Positions 20,024-29,250 of a DNA stretch of 35,273 nt are shown here, in pieces. The translations under genes and the position numbers were made by a program. The DNA comes from Deltaproteobacteria bacterium (lineage in GTDB: Bacteria; Myxococcota; JACRCW01). The notes beneath the pieces were generated by a model, which worked only from the letters and a program-made list of their open reading frames with translations, did not search any database and had not been told where the DNA came from. The stretch's first letter is position 1. Each line of letters starts with the position of its first letter. The stretch lies in assembly GCA_016218805.1 (NCBI GenBank), contig JACRCW010000129.1, positions 1-35,273 of the forward strand, read 5' to 3'.

Positions 20024-20353
20024 CGGCGGTTGGGAGGGCACATGCACGGGGCCCCCGAGGGCTTCAGTCTCCTCTGGTCTTCTTGCGGGGCTGGCGCGGG
20101 TGGCGACGTGCGCGCGCACACCACCAACAGGCGACGCGGGCCGTTCACGCACCTGCCGGCTTGGCGTCAAAGGCGGGACGCCCACTGCGCGTCCAGGGGA
20201 CGCCGCGGGCACGGTGTGGCCAGGGCTGGGGGAGGGGGAAGTTCCCTGGAACACGCAGCGGTACCGGCGCGGGGGCCGGGGGTGTGCTGCCTGGAAAGTG
20301 TCTCATTTAATGAGACACTTTCCGGGGGAATGGAGGGTCCTTCCCAACCGCCG
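20024..20353. repeat. Long-range 15-bp inverted repeat enclosing 330 nt
   Basis: CGGCGGTTGGGAGGG (20024-20038) pairs with CCTTCCCAACCGCCG (20339-20353): 14/15 Watson-Crick plus one G.U on the + strand. Confidence 0.55.
20293..20323. repeat. Perfect 15-1-15 palindrome, copy 1 (GGAAAGTGTCTCATT-T-AATGAGACACTTTCC)
   Basis: Read directly. AT-rich within GC-rich DNA, and part of a ~55-bp direct repeat. Confidence 0.95.
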
Positions 20354-20603
20354 CGGCCGCCCGACACGCGCGACCGATTTCCACCACCCTTCCAAGCCCA
20401 GCCCGACCCGAGTCCCTGCGCCCGCTCGCGATGCCCGACCCGCTGCGACCCGCGCGCGGCGGGGTCCGCCGCGTCGTCATACCGGGACGCCCGCCAGCGG
20501 TTCCCGCGGCCGCAACGCCGTTGACGGGCGCGCGGCGGCGCCGCGATGCAATCCCGTCGCGTTCGCATACTGCTGGTGCGGCCGGGCCGGGGTGTGCCGC
20601 CTG

Positions 20604-20632
20604 GAAAGTGTCTCATTGAATGAGACACTTTC
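20604..20632. repeat. Perfect 14-1-14 palindrome, copy 2 (GAAAGTGTCTCATT-G-AATGAGACACTTTC)
   Basis: Read directly. 310 bp from copy 1 and preceded by the same GGGGTGTGCyGCCTG flank. Confidence 0.95.
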
Positions 20633-21069
20633 GGGGAGGGAGGGCGAGGCGGCGCGGGCGGGCAATTTACACGCGCAGGTGCCGGGCGGAGTTGACGTTG
20701 ATGTTGGACCGCGCGGATGACTCGGTGGAGATCCTGGTGCAGCAGTCCCTGTTCCTTTGCTCCGGCACAGCGGAAAGCGGTTGAGGAGGTCAGCGCGCAA
20801 TGGGTTGGCAACGCTGAATGAGGCGCGCGTGCTCACGCGCAAGCGCGTGCAGCAGGAGGACGTTCCACCGGGCATGGTGGATGGCCCCACCACGACTCCA
20901 CCCGCCACGGCGCCAGCGGGTACGCCGGGCTGAGCGCAGGTCCTATGCGGCGAGTTTGCGGGCGGTGAATCCCGCGGCGAGGACCATGCTTCAACGCGGG
21001 GTGCACGCTGGATACCCTCGAGCACAACTCGCTTGCGGGGCGGTTGTCCCTGCGGCACAACGTGCCCAC

Positions 21070-21527
21070 ATGGCGGACCTCTACGGCGCGTGGCGAGCCC
21101 TGGTGACGGCGTTGCGCGCCGGGCACATCGACCATGCGCTGTGTGGAGGCCTGGCCCTGGCGGTGCATGGTACGCGCGAGCCACCAAGGACATCGACATC
21201 CTTGCCCGACCCGCCGACATTCCCGCCATCAAGAATGCGGCTGAGCAGTGTGGCTTCATCTTCGAGTCGCTGCCGATGACGTTTGCCTCCAGCGGGATCA
21301 CGATTCAACGCTGCACCAAACGGATTGACGGCATGCCCCTCATGCTGGATGTGCTGTTGGCCCAGCCGCCCCTGGATGCGGTGTGGGCCGCGCGTGTGCG
21401 GCTGCCGTGGGAAGATGACCACATCCAGGTGGTGTCCCGTGAAGGACTCATCACCTTGAAGCTTGCCGCCGGCCGCCCCCAGGACCTGGTGGACGTGCAG
21501 AAGCTGAGGGAGGCGGAACGTGGTTGA
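21070..21527 (+). pseudogene. Nucleotidyltransferase (Pol-beta fold, AbiEii/DUF6036-like), frameshifted at ~21169-21171
   Basis: One frame gives MADLYGAWRALVTALRAGHIDHALCGGLALAVHG. Another frame continues YARATKDIDIL...VVSREGLITLKLAAGRPQDLVDVQKL. The GGxA...HG..RAT.D.D motif is split by one missing base (CAT GG TAC). Confidence 0.85.
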
Positions 21528-21615
21528 CATGAGCCCGGAAGCCATCACCGCGTGCCTCAGGCGGGTGGCGGAGTTGTCCGCGGACCTGCCTGACGCACAC
21601 GCCCTGGTGAAGCGT
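21520..21615 (+). pseudogene. Small partner gene of the nucleotidyltransferase, apparently truncated (MVDMSPEAITACLRRVAELS...)
   Basis: GTG overlapping the NTase stop, with GGGAGG RBS. The first ~32 codons are helical and coding-like; the rest of the ORF (to 22011) is low-complexity and overlaps the convergent gene. Confidence 0.4.
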
Positions 21616-21862
21616 GCAGCCGCCGCGGGCGACAGCAGAAGATCCCCGCAACAGCCCAGCGACTCGCCGATCAGCTGCGCCGGTACGCGGGACGTCACAC
21701 GGAGGGGCAACGCTCCAGCCGACCGGCGCGCAATCGACGTCGCTGGTCGTGGCGGTGAAGCCGGCGCAGCGGGTGGACGTGACGCCGCGCCTGGGCGCGG
21801 GAAGCACGGTGAATGCGGACGTGGTGGGCCAGGCGCTGGACTCCTGACGCCTATGGCGCGCC

Positions 21863-22663
21863 TCACTCCCGTGCGCCCAGCCGCGCCAGCATCTGCCGTG
21901 TCAGCACGCGCTCATGCCGGTTCCACGCCTCCACGGCCGGGTCCGCGGACGGTGGACGCGCCAGCGCCGCGCGCAGCAGCGCCAGGGCGTCCGCCTTGCG
22001 GTCCTCCTTGACGCGCAGCTCCGCCCGAAAACGCGCGTTCCCCAGGAAGTCCGGCGCGCAGCGGTCCGCGGTGCGCAGTTGCTCCTCGCCGTCCTTGCTG
22101 GAACTGCGGCCCTGCAACCGCACCAGGAACTCCGGCGTGCGAATCACCACCGCCGCCCAGAACCGGTTGACGCCGCCGTGGAAGTAGCACGGAGACAGCG
22201 CCCCGGCCCGGTCCATCAGGCGCCGCAGCGTCGGGAGCAGACTGGCGGACCGGATGATGCCGTCAATCTCCGCCTGCTTGGCCAGGTTCACAGTCTCCCA
22301 GAACCAGCCCCCCGGGTGTTGGGGCGCCGCCGCCTGCGCACGCCGCGCCGCGTCCATCCCGCGGCCGTAGGCGGCGCGCGCCTGGGCCTCGGGGGCGCGT
22401 TCGTCTGCCAGTTGCAGGCCGGTCCAGTAGTGCGCCTCCGCCAGCAGGGACAGCGCCTCCGGGTTGCGCGGCTCCGCCGTCACCCACGCCTCCACCGCCG
22501 CCCGGGGCGCCGCCGCCGCGGCCACGCCCAGCCCCCGCGCGTGCCACGCCTCCACGGCGGGCGGCACCGCGGCGGGCACCGGGGGACCCCCATCCGCCGC
22601 CCGGCCCGGCCCGGTCAGCGTCGCCAGGAACAGGGCGGCCCAGCTGATTCGCTTTGTGTGCAG
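21863..22663 (-). CDS. Secreted TPR-like protein (TatT-component-like); start uncertain
   Basis: EALSLLAEAHYWTG, YGRGMDAARRA..PQHPGGWFW, YFHGGVNRFWA, DALALLRAALA. Signal-like KRISWAALFLATL. Upstream ATGs collide with the divergent gene, so the CTG at 22663 is proposed. Confidence 0.7.
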   Translation of the reverse strand: MHTKRISWAALFLATLTGPGRAADGGPPVPAAVPPAVEAWHARGLGVAAAAAPRAAVEAWVTAEPRNPEALSLLAEAHYWTGLQLADERAPEAQARAAYGRGMDAARRAQAAAPQHPGGWFWETVNLAKQAEIDGIIRSASLLPTLRRLMDRAGALSPCYFHGGVNRFWAAVVIRTPEFLVRLQGRSSSKDGEEQLRTADRCAPDFLGNARFRAELRVKEDRKADALALLRAALARPPSADPAVEAWNRHERVLTRQMLARLGARE

Positions 22664-22736
22664 CGTGGCGTGTGTTAGGCACGCACGCCCTTGTGCCCAA
22701 GGTCGGCCTCGCTGACCACGGAGGCCACAAACGCCC

Positions 22737-24305
22737 ATGCGTGCCATCCGAAGCCCATCCATCCCGTGGTTCACCGCCCTGTTCATGGTCCTCTGCGCCG
22801 GCTCCTTCGCGCGCGCGGAGGGCGGGCCCAAGGTGCGGCTGCTCCCCTACCAACCCATTGCCCGGCAGGCCACCCCTGAGCTGTGCACCCAGATCACCAA
22901 CATGCTTGCCGGGGAGCTGGGTGGAGCGGACGCGTTCACGTTGTCCCGTGGCGAGGAGGCCGCCGAGGAGGCGGGTGACGCGCCCACGTCCAACGCCGCC
23001 GCGGCCGAGAAGGCCGAAGAGCAGGCCAAGGCCGCCCTGGACAAGGCGCTGACGCTGTCCCAGGCCGGCGCCAAGCAGGTGCAGAAGCAGAAGTTTGACC
23101 CGGCCATCAAGACGCTGACCGAATCACTCAAGCAGTTTGAAGCCGGCGGCGCCGCGCTGACGGACGTGTCCCCGGTGGTGCAGACGCACATCAACGTGGC
23201 CGTGGCGATGTGGAAGCGCGGCATGGAGGATGACGCCCAGCTCCACCTGGCCGCGGCCGCGCGCCTGGACCCGGACTTCAAGTTGGATCCCAAGGAGTAC
23301 TGGCCGCTGTTCCTGCGCGTGTATGACCAGCAGTGGCGGCGCACGCTGCGCCAGCCGCGCGGCAAGGTCCGCGTGGAGGCCACCGTCCCCGGCGCCGAGG
23401 TGTTCTGGAACGGCAAGAGCGTGGGGGCGGCCCCCACCATGCTCACCAACGCGGTGCCGGGTGCCCACTACCTGCGCGTGGTCAAGGAGGGCGCGGGTGT
23501 GTTTGCGGCCGTGGTGGACGTCAAACCCGAGGGCACCGTGGAGATCACGGCGGACCTGGGCGGCGGCCGGTCCGGCGGCGGCGGGCTGGGGCCGGTGGCC
23601 AACGCCGTGGCGGGCAACCTGGTGGATGAGGCGGCGTTCCGCGCGGCGCGCGAACTGGGCAAATCCCAGGGCGCGGCGTTTGTGCTGTTTGGCGGGGTCC
23701 AGAAGAAGGAGACCGGCATCACCGTGGCCACCTTCATGGTGAACGTGGAGGACGGCAAGGTGGGCCGGCTGGTGGACTTGGAATTGGACCTGGACCTGCT
23801 GTCCGCCTCCGTTGAGGCCTTCAAGCTGGTGGAAGAGGTGGGCCAGCGCATCAAGGACTTTGGGGAACCGCTCCCCGCCGGTGCCAGCCCCGTGGTGCGT
23901 GGCGTGGAGGCCGGCGAGGAAAAGGGCATCACGGAGATCGACATCGGCCCGCCGGTGCCGGAGGGGAAGGCCGCGCGGGACCCGGGTGAGCGCAAGGTGG
24001 CCGGAGAAGAGGGCGGCGAGGACGAGGGCGGCGGGCGCCGGGCGTTTGGCACCGAGGACGAGGCCAAGAAACCCAAGGTGCGCAAGGACTCCGCGGGCAA
24101 ATCCGTGGCCATGCGCGACGACTACAAGACCCAGCGACCCTTCTATCTCAACCCCCTGTTCCTGGGCGCCATTGGCGCGGCGGTGGTGGTGGGCGCCCTG
24201 GTGACGGTGACCCTGGTGGCGGGCGCGGCCGTGGGCGGCGGCACCGCCGGCTTCCTGTTGTTGACCCCGCCGCAGTCCGCCACCGTGGAAGCCACCTGGC
24301 CATGA
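22737..24305 (+). CDS. PEGA domain-containing exported, membrane-anchored protein
   Basis: Signal peptide ending SFARA, TPR-like helices, PEGA motif VEATVPGAEVFWNGKSVGAAP..PGAHYLRVVKEG, C-terminal TM (PFYLNPLFLGAIGAAVVVG). Confidence 0.88.
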   Translation: MRAIRSPSIPWFTALFMVLCAGSFARAEGGPKVRLLPYQPIARQATPELCTQITNMLAGELGGADAFTLSRGEEAAEEAGDAPTSNAAAAEKAEEQAKAALDKALTLSQAGAKQVQKQKFDPAIKTLTESLKQFEAGGAALTDVSPVVQTHINVAVAMWKRGMEDDAQLHLAAAARLDPDFKLDPKEYWPLFLRVYDQQWRRTLRQPRGKVRVEATVPGAEVFWNGKSVGAAPTMLTNAVPGAHYLRVVKEGAGVFAAVVDVKPEGTVEITADLGGGRSGGGGLGPVANAVAGNLVDEAAFRAARELGKSQGAAFVLFGGVQKKETGITVATFMVNVEDGKVGRLVDLELDLDLLSASVEAFKLVEEVGQRIKDFGEPLPAGASPVVRGVEAGEEKGITEIDIGPPVPEGKAARDPGERKVAGEEGGEDEGGGRRAFGTEDEAKKPKVRKDSAGKSVAMRDDYKTQRPFYLNPLFLGAIGAAVVVGALVTVTLVAGAAVGGGTAGFLLLTPPQSATVEATWP

Positions 24306-24319
24306 GAGGGAGACACACC

Positions 24320-26083
24320 ATGCACGCCAAGAACATCCTCCTTGCCGGTACGGTGCTGCTGGCCTCCGGCTGCGACATGCTCCGGCCGACCCTGACGGTG
24401 CGCGTGAAGGCCGTCCTCCCGTGTGACCAGCAGGACGCGCTGGACAGCGTGGGCATCATGCAGTTGCGCGTCGTGTCCGCGGACGGCACGGAGGCCACCA
24501 TCCAGGGCTCGCGCAGCAAGGGCAAGGCCAGCCTGCCCAATCTGGAGATTTCGGACGGCACCGTGGTGTTCATCAACGGCTACCCGGGCGAGGATCCCGC
24601 CGCCGTGGAGGGCATTCCCTCCGCGGTGGGCGCCTCTGCGCCCATGAACCTCAAGGCGTTCACGGAGGAAAGCCGGTTTCCCGCCGCGCGCTCATATCCC
24701 AAGGACAAGACGGAAACCGTGGCGGTGCCGGTGGGCAAGATCAACAGCTTTGCGTCCACCACCGACGTGGGGGGCAGCACCTGCAGCAGCATGGGCCGGC
24801 CGCGCCACAGCCACACGGCCACCTTCAGCAGCGCCACCGGCAAGGTCTACATCATTGGCGGGCTCACCTACGCGGAGCAGGACGGCGCGGAGACGTTTGT
24901 CCCCAAGGACAGCGCGCTGGAGATCTATGACCCCTCCACCGGCACGTACCAATCCGCCGTGGGCCAGGTGTCCGCCGAGTTCCAGCCGTTGTTTGTCCGC
25001 GCGTTCCACACCGCCACGGAACTGCCGGGCGGCAAGATCCTGGTCTGGGGCGGCATTGTGCAGTCCGGCGCCGACGGGCGTGACGTGGCGCCGTGGGCGG
25101 TCAGCTTTGTGCTGGACCCCGCCAGCCTTTCCATCACGCAGCTGGGCCCGCCCGCCTTCCGCATCAAGCGCTTCAACCACACCGCCACGCTGACCCGCTC
25201 GGGTACGTCCGTGATCATTGGCGGCGGCTGCGGGTGCAAGGGATCGCTCACGGCGCAGGACATCAAGGCCGGCCGCTGCCCGGCGCTGGCGGACACGTGC
25301 GCGGACGGCCAGCCGCGCGTGGCGGCGCTGGAGATTTATGACGTGGCAACGGGTGTGATCACCCCGCTCACCAACTCCCTGCTGGACAAGCCGCGCGCGT
25401 TCCACAGCGCCACGGCGCTGGAGGGTGAGCTCGTCGTGTTTGCCGGCGGTGATGACGGCAACGCCGTCATCCGCGAGGTGGAGATCTTCCGGGGCGGGTC
25501 GCAGGCGGGGCTGCTCAAGCCGGTGACGGACCAGCTCCCGCAGGGCGTCACGCACCCCGCGGCGGTGGCGCTCCCCACGGAGGACTGCACGCTGCTGGAC
25601 CCCACCCACCCGGCGGACTTTGAGTGCGTGCTGGTGGTGGGCGGTTGCACCAGTCCCATTGGCACCAATGGCGAGTGCAGCCAGGCGGTGGCCGGCAGCA
25701 CCATCATGGACATGGGCCGCGCGCCCGCCAGCCGGATGGTCACCGGGCCCCAGGGCAACCGCACGCGTTGGGGCCACCAGGCGTTCTTCCTGGCAGCCGG
25801 CACCAACATGGTGATGACCGCCGGCGGGCGCTTTGAGGTGCTCACCTCTGACAGTCTCCCCGTCAGCGCCGAAATCCTGCCGCGCCTGGCGGCGCAGGGC
25901 GGCGGACCCACGCCGTTCCGGCCGGCGCCGGTGCCCCTGATGGTGGACGCGCGCCACCGGTTTGCCACCACGCGGCTGACCTCCGGGCAGGTGATGTTCA
26001 CCGGCGGCACGGAGAGCATTGCGTCCACCACCACGCGCAAGTCCCTGGGTTCCGGCGAGTTGTTCTTCTTCCCGTTCCGGTGA
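24320..26083 (+). CDS. Kelch-repeat beta-propeller lipoprotein
   Basis: Lipobox LASGC. Repeated R..HTAT...G.V...GG units (RHSHTAT, RAFHTAT, RFNHTAT, RAFHSAT, RWGHQA, RHRFAT). Confidence 0.88.
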   Translation: MHAKNILLAGTVLLASGCDMLRPTLTVRVKAVLPCDQQDALDSVGIMQLRVVSADGTEATIQGSRSKGKASLPNLEISDGTVVFINGYPGEDPAAVEGIPSAVGASAPMNLKAFTEESRFPAARSYPKDKTETVAVPVGKINSFASTTDVGGSTCSSMGRPRHSHTATFSSATGKVYIIGGLTYAEQDGAETFVPKDSALEIYDPSTGTYQSAVGQVSAEFQPLFVRAFHTATELPGGKILVWGGIVQSGADGRDVAPWAVSFVLDPASLSITQLGPPAFRIKRFNHTATLTRSGTSVIIGGGCGCKGSLTAQDIKAGRCPALADTCADGQPRVAALEIYDVATGVITPLTNSLLDKPRAFHSATALEGELVVFAGGDDGNAVIREVEIFRGGSQAGLLKPVTDQLPQGVTHPAAVALPTEDCTLLDPTHPADFECVLVVGGCTSPIGTNGECSQAVAGSTIMDMGRAPASRMVTGPQGNRTRWGHQAFFLAAGTNMVMTAGGRFEVLTSDSLPVSAEILPRLAAQGGGPTPFRPAPVPLMVDARHRFATTRLTSGQVMFTGGTESIASTTTRKSLGSGELFFFPFR

Positions 26084-26095
26084 GGTGGCAGCAAC

Positions 26096-27709
26096 GTGGC
26101 GCTGACCCTGGATGCGCTGGAAGGCCTTCCGCGCGCGGGGTTCGTGGCGGCGGCCTCGCCGCTGGAGGCGGTGGCGGTGCGGGGCGTCACCGTGCTGGTA
26201 AAGCGCGATGACGCGCTGACGGCGGGTTTTGGCGGCACCAAGATGCGCAAGCTGGACCACCTGCTGGCGGCTCCGCCGTGGGCCGGCGCGGCGTCCTACG
26301 CGTCGGTGGGCGCCGTTGGGTCCGGTCACCTGGTGGCGCTCATTGAGGCGGCGCGGATGCTGGGCCGCAGGGTGGATGCGCATCTGTTCGCTGAGCCCGT
26401 GAGCGAAGGCGTGCTGGACAACCTCCGCTACACGGTCTCCGGTGCGGCGGGGCTGGCGTACTACGGCTCACGGCTGGAGCTGGGCGTGCGGCACCCGGCG
26501 CTCATCTTTGGCGCGCGGCTGGGGGAGGCGGTGGTGGTGCCGCCGGGGGCGTCCTGTGCGGAGGCCACGGTGGGCGTGGTGCGCGGCGCGCTGGAACTGG
26601 CCGCGCAGCTGCGGGAACGCGGCATGGAGGCGCCGTCGGCGGTGTACGTGGCGTTTGGCAGCGGGGGCACGGCGGCGGGGCTGGCGGTGGGGCTGGGCCT
26701 GGCCGGGATGCGCACCCAGGTGCGCGCGGTGGCCACGGTGGAGCGGGTGTTTTCGCCCGCCGCCCGGCTGCATGCGCTGGTGGAGGCCACGCGTGGGGCG
26801 CTGCGAGCGGCCGGCGTGCCCGGCGTGGATGACCACCCGCCCGTTCCGCTGCACATCATCCGCGGCCAACTGGGGCGGGCGTACGGCCATCCCACGCGGC
26901 GTTCGCTTGCCGCCGTGGAGGAGGCGCGCGCGCTGGGGCTGCCCATGGAGCCGGTCTACACGGGCAAGGCGTTTGCCGCCCTGCTGCGGGAACTCGCCGC
27001 CCCGCCCCGTAACGTTGACGATACGGCGCCGGCCGCAGCGCCCCCGGTGTTCTGGAACACGACGCGTGGACGCGTCCCCGGCCCCGTGGCGCCGGACTGG
27101 GAGGCGCGCCTGCCGCGCCGGCTGGCGCGCGCGTTGGCCCCCGTGAACCGCGGGCGGCGGGCGCTGCTGTGGGGGTCCGCCGTGACCGCCGCGGGCGCCG
27201 TCGTCGGGTGGCGCGCCATGGGCTACGCGCGCTTTGCGGGGTGGCAGGGGGCGGTGCTGGGCCCGCGTGAAGCGGAGGTGCTGGCCGCGGCCGCGGAGGC
27301 GCTGTTCCCGCTGGCGGAGGACGGCGTGGCCGCCGCGGACGTGGTGCGCGCGGTGGACCGCTTCCTGGTGTCCACCACGCCGGCCATGAAGAACGACATT
27401 CACCTCATGCTGGGCGCGCTGGAGCAGTTGCTGCCGGTGGTGGGCTTGTCGTTGGCGCGTTTTTCCCGGCTGCCCCCTCCTGAGCGCCTTGCCTTGCTGG
27501 AGCGCCTGCAGGATCTCCCCGGCGAAGTGGCGCAGGTGCCGCGCGGCGTGCGCGACCTGTGCGCCATGGGCCACTACCAGGCGGACTCGTCATGGCGGGC
27601 CATTGGGTACACCGGGCCGTTCATGCCGCGCTCCCCGGACATGCGGCCGCCGCACGTGGCGGAGAGCTGGCGCGCGCCGCCGGGCAAGCTCCCCGGGAGC
27701 GCGCGATGA
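26096..27709 (+). CDS. PLP-dependent D-cysteine desulfhydrase/ACC-deaminase-like enzyme fused to a gluconate 2-dehydrogenase subunit-3-like domain
   Basis: VKRDD..GGTKMRKL, GSGGTAAGL and EPVYTGKAF. Then RRALLWG plus TM, and VDRFL..RFSRL..ERLALL..WRAIGYTGP. Confidence 0.82.
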   Translation: MALTLDALEGLPRAGFVAAASPLEAVAVRGVTVLVKRDDALTAGFGGTKMRKLDHLLAAPPWAGAASYASVGAVGSGHLVALIEAARMLGRRVDAHLFAEPVSEGVLDNLRYTVSGAAGLAYYGSRLELGVRHPALIFGARLGEAVVVPPGASCAEATVGVVRGALELAAQLRERGMEAPSAVYVAFGSGGTAAGLAVGLGLAGMRTQVRAVATVERVFSPAARLHALVEATRGALRAAGVPGVDDHPPVPLHIIRGQLGRAYGHPTRRSLAAVEEARALGLPMEPVYTGKAFAALLRELAAPPRNVDDTAPAAAPPVFWNTTRGRVPGPVAPDWEARLPRRLARALAPVNRGRRALLWGSAVTAAGAVVGWRAMGYARFAGWQGAVLGPREAEVLAAAAEALFPLAEDGVAAADVVRAVDRFLVSTTPAMKNDIHLMLGALEQLLPVVGLSLARFSRLPPPERLALLERLQDLPGEVAQVPRGVRDLCAMGHYQADSSWRAIGYTGPFMPRSPDMRPPHVAESWRAPPGKLPGSAR

Positions 27710-29226
27710 TCTACGACGCGCGCACGCTCCCATCGCCTCTGCGGCTCAAGGCGGACCTGTGTGTCGTCGGGTCAGGGCCCGGGGGCATGGGCGTGGCGGT
27801 GCGCGCGGCCGAAGCGGGCCTGAAGGTGGTGGTCCTGGAAGCGGGCGCGCACATCTCTCCCCGGGACATGAACCAGCATGAAGAGGACATGTTCCCCCGG
27901 CTGTTCTGGGAGGCGGGCACGCGCACCACGCATGACCGCGCGGTGAAGATCCACCAGGGGCGCGGCGTGGGCGGCTCGTCCTTGCACAATCTCAACCTGT
28001 GCAAGCGCGTGCCGCGGCGGATCCTGCAGGAGTGGCTGGACACGCGGCGGCTGGAGCACCTGCCGCTGGCGCGCTGGGCCGCGCTGTATGACGACATGGA
28101 GCGCCTGCTGGAGGTGTCCGCCGTGCCGGAGCCGCTGTGGAACCGGCACAACCGGCTGCTGCTGGACGGGGCCAGTGCGTTGGGATGGACCGCCGGCGGG
28201 CTGAGCCACAACCGCACCGGCTGCGTGGCCGCCGGTTTCTGCGAAGTGGGCTGCGCCTTTGACGCGAAGAACAACGCAGCCAAGATTCTCCTGCCGCGCG
28301 CGCTGGCCGCCGGGGCGGAGGTCATCACGCACGCCCACGCGTTGCGCGTCCGCCATGACGCCACCCGCGTCTCCGGTGTGGACGCCGTGGTGGATGGGCC
28401 CGCCGGACCGGAACGGGAGCGCGTCATTGACGTGGAAGCATCCCGGGTGTGCCTGTCCGCGTCCGCCACGCGCTCCGCGCTCATTGCGCTGCGCTCCGGC
28501 CTGCCGCACCCGCCAGGCAGCGTGGGGCAGACGCTGCGCATCCATCCCGCGGTGGTGGCGGCGGGAGAGTTTGACGCGCCGGTGAACGCGTGGGCGGGGA
28601 TTCCGCAGACGGTGGAATGCACGCAGTGGCTGGACCTGGAGGGCGGTGACGCGGGCAAGCGCACGTGGATCCTGCCCGCGTTTGCGCACCCGGTGGGCAC
28701 GGCCACCATGGTCCCCGGGTTGGGGCCGCCGCACCGCGCGTTCATGAAGCGCTACGCAAACCTGGCCGTGTTCACCGCCATGCTGCATGACCACACCACC
28801 GGCACCGTCCGCACCGACGGGGAAACCGGCATGCGCCTGGACTACTGGCCGGATGCACCGGACCGCGCGCAGCTGGTCAACGGGCTGTGGGCCTGCGCCA
28901 AGCTGCTGCTCGCGGCGGGTGCGCGCCGCGTGGTGGTGCCCGCGTCGCCGGCCATTGTCGTGGAGAACGCGGCGCAGGTGGACGCGCTGCGCGCGCTGGA
29001 GCTGCGGCCATTCACCACGGACCTGGTGGCGGTGCACCCCATGGGCACCATCCCCATGGGCGATGACCCCGCCACCGCCGCCGTGGACAGCCGCGGGCGG
29101 TGGCACGGCGTGGCGGGGCTGCACGTGGCGGACGCGTCATTGTTTCCCACCAGCGTGGGCGTGCCGCCGCAGTTGAGCGTGTATGCGCTGGGCTGGCACG
29201 TGGGTGAAGACGTGGCGCGAACCTGA
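27706..29226 (+). CDS. GMC family FAD oxidoreductase (long-chain alcohol oxidase-like)
   Basis: VVGSGPGG Rossmann motif, GRGVGGSSLHN, GC...GFC..GC...AK, VHPMGT..MG, VADASLFPTSVGVPPQLS. ATGA overlap with the upstream stop. Confidence 0.93.
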   Translation: MIYDARTLPSPLRLKADLCVVGSGPGGMGVAVRAAEAGLKVVVLEAGAHISPRDMNQHEEDMFPRLFWEAGTRTTHDRAVKIHQGRGVGGSSLHNLNLCKRVPRRILQEWLDTRRLEHLPLARWAALYDDMERLLEVSAVPEPLWNRHNRLLLDGASALGWTAGGLSHNRTGCVAAGFCEVGCAFDAKNNAAKILLPRALAAGAEVITHAHALRVRHDATRVSGVDAVVDGPAGPERERVIDVEASRVCLSASATRSALIALRSGLPHPPGSVGQTLRIHPAVVAAGEFDAPVNAWAGIPQTVECTQWLDLEGGDAGKRTWILPAFAHPVGTATMVPGLGPPHRAFMKRYANLAVFTAMLHDHTTGTVRTDGETGMRLDYWPDAPDRAQLVNGLWACAKLLLAAGARRVVVPASPAIVVENAAQVDALRALELRPFTTDLVAVHPMGTIPMGDDPATAAVDSRGRWHGVAGLHVADASLFPTSVGVPPQLSVYALGWHVGEDVART

Positions 29227-29250
29227 AGGTCCATGGACCGCCTGCGGTGA

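Noticed and set aside
20298..20318. Palindrome as a parS or dif site
   Set aside because: The half-site resembles parS (TGTTTCA-CG-TGAAACA) but the spacer is 5 rather than 2 bp and the arms differ. It does not match the asymmetric XerC/XerD dif consensus.
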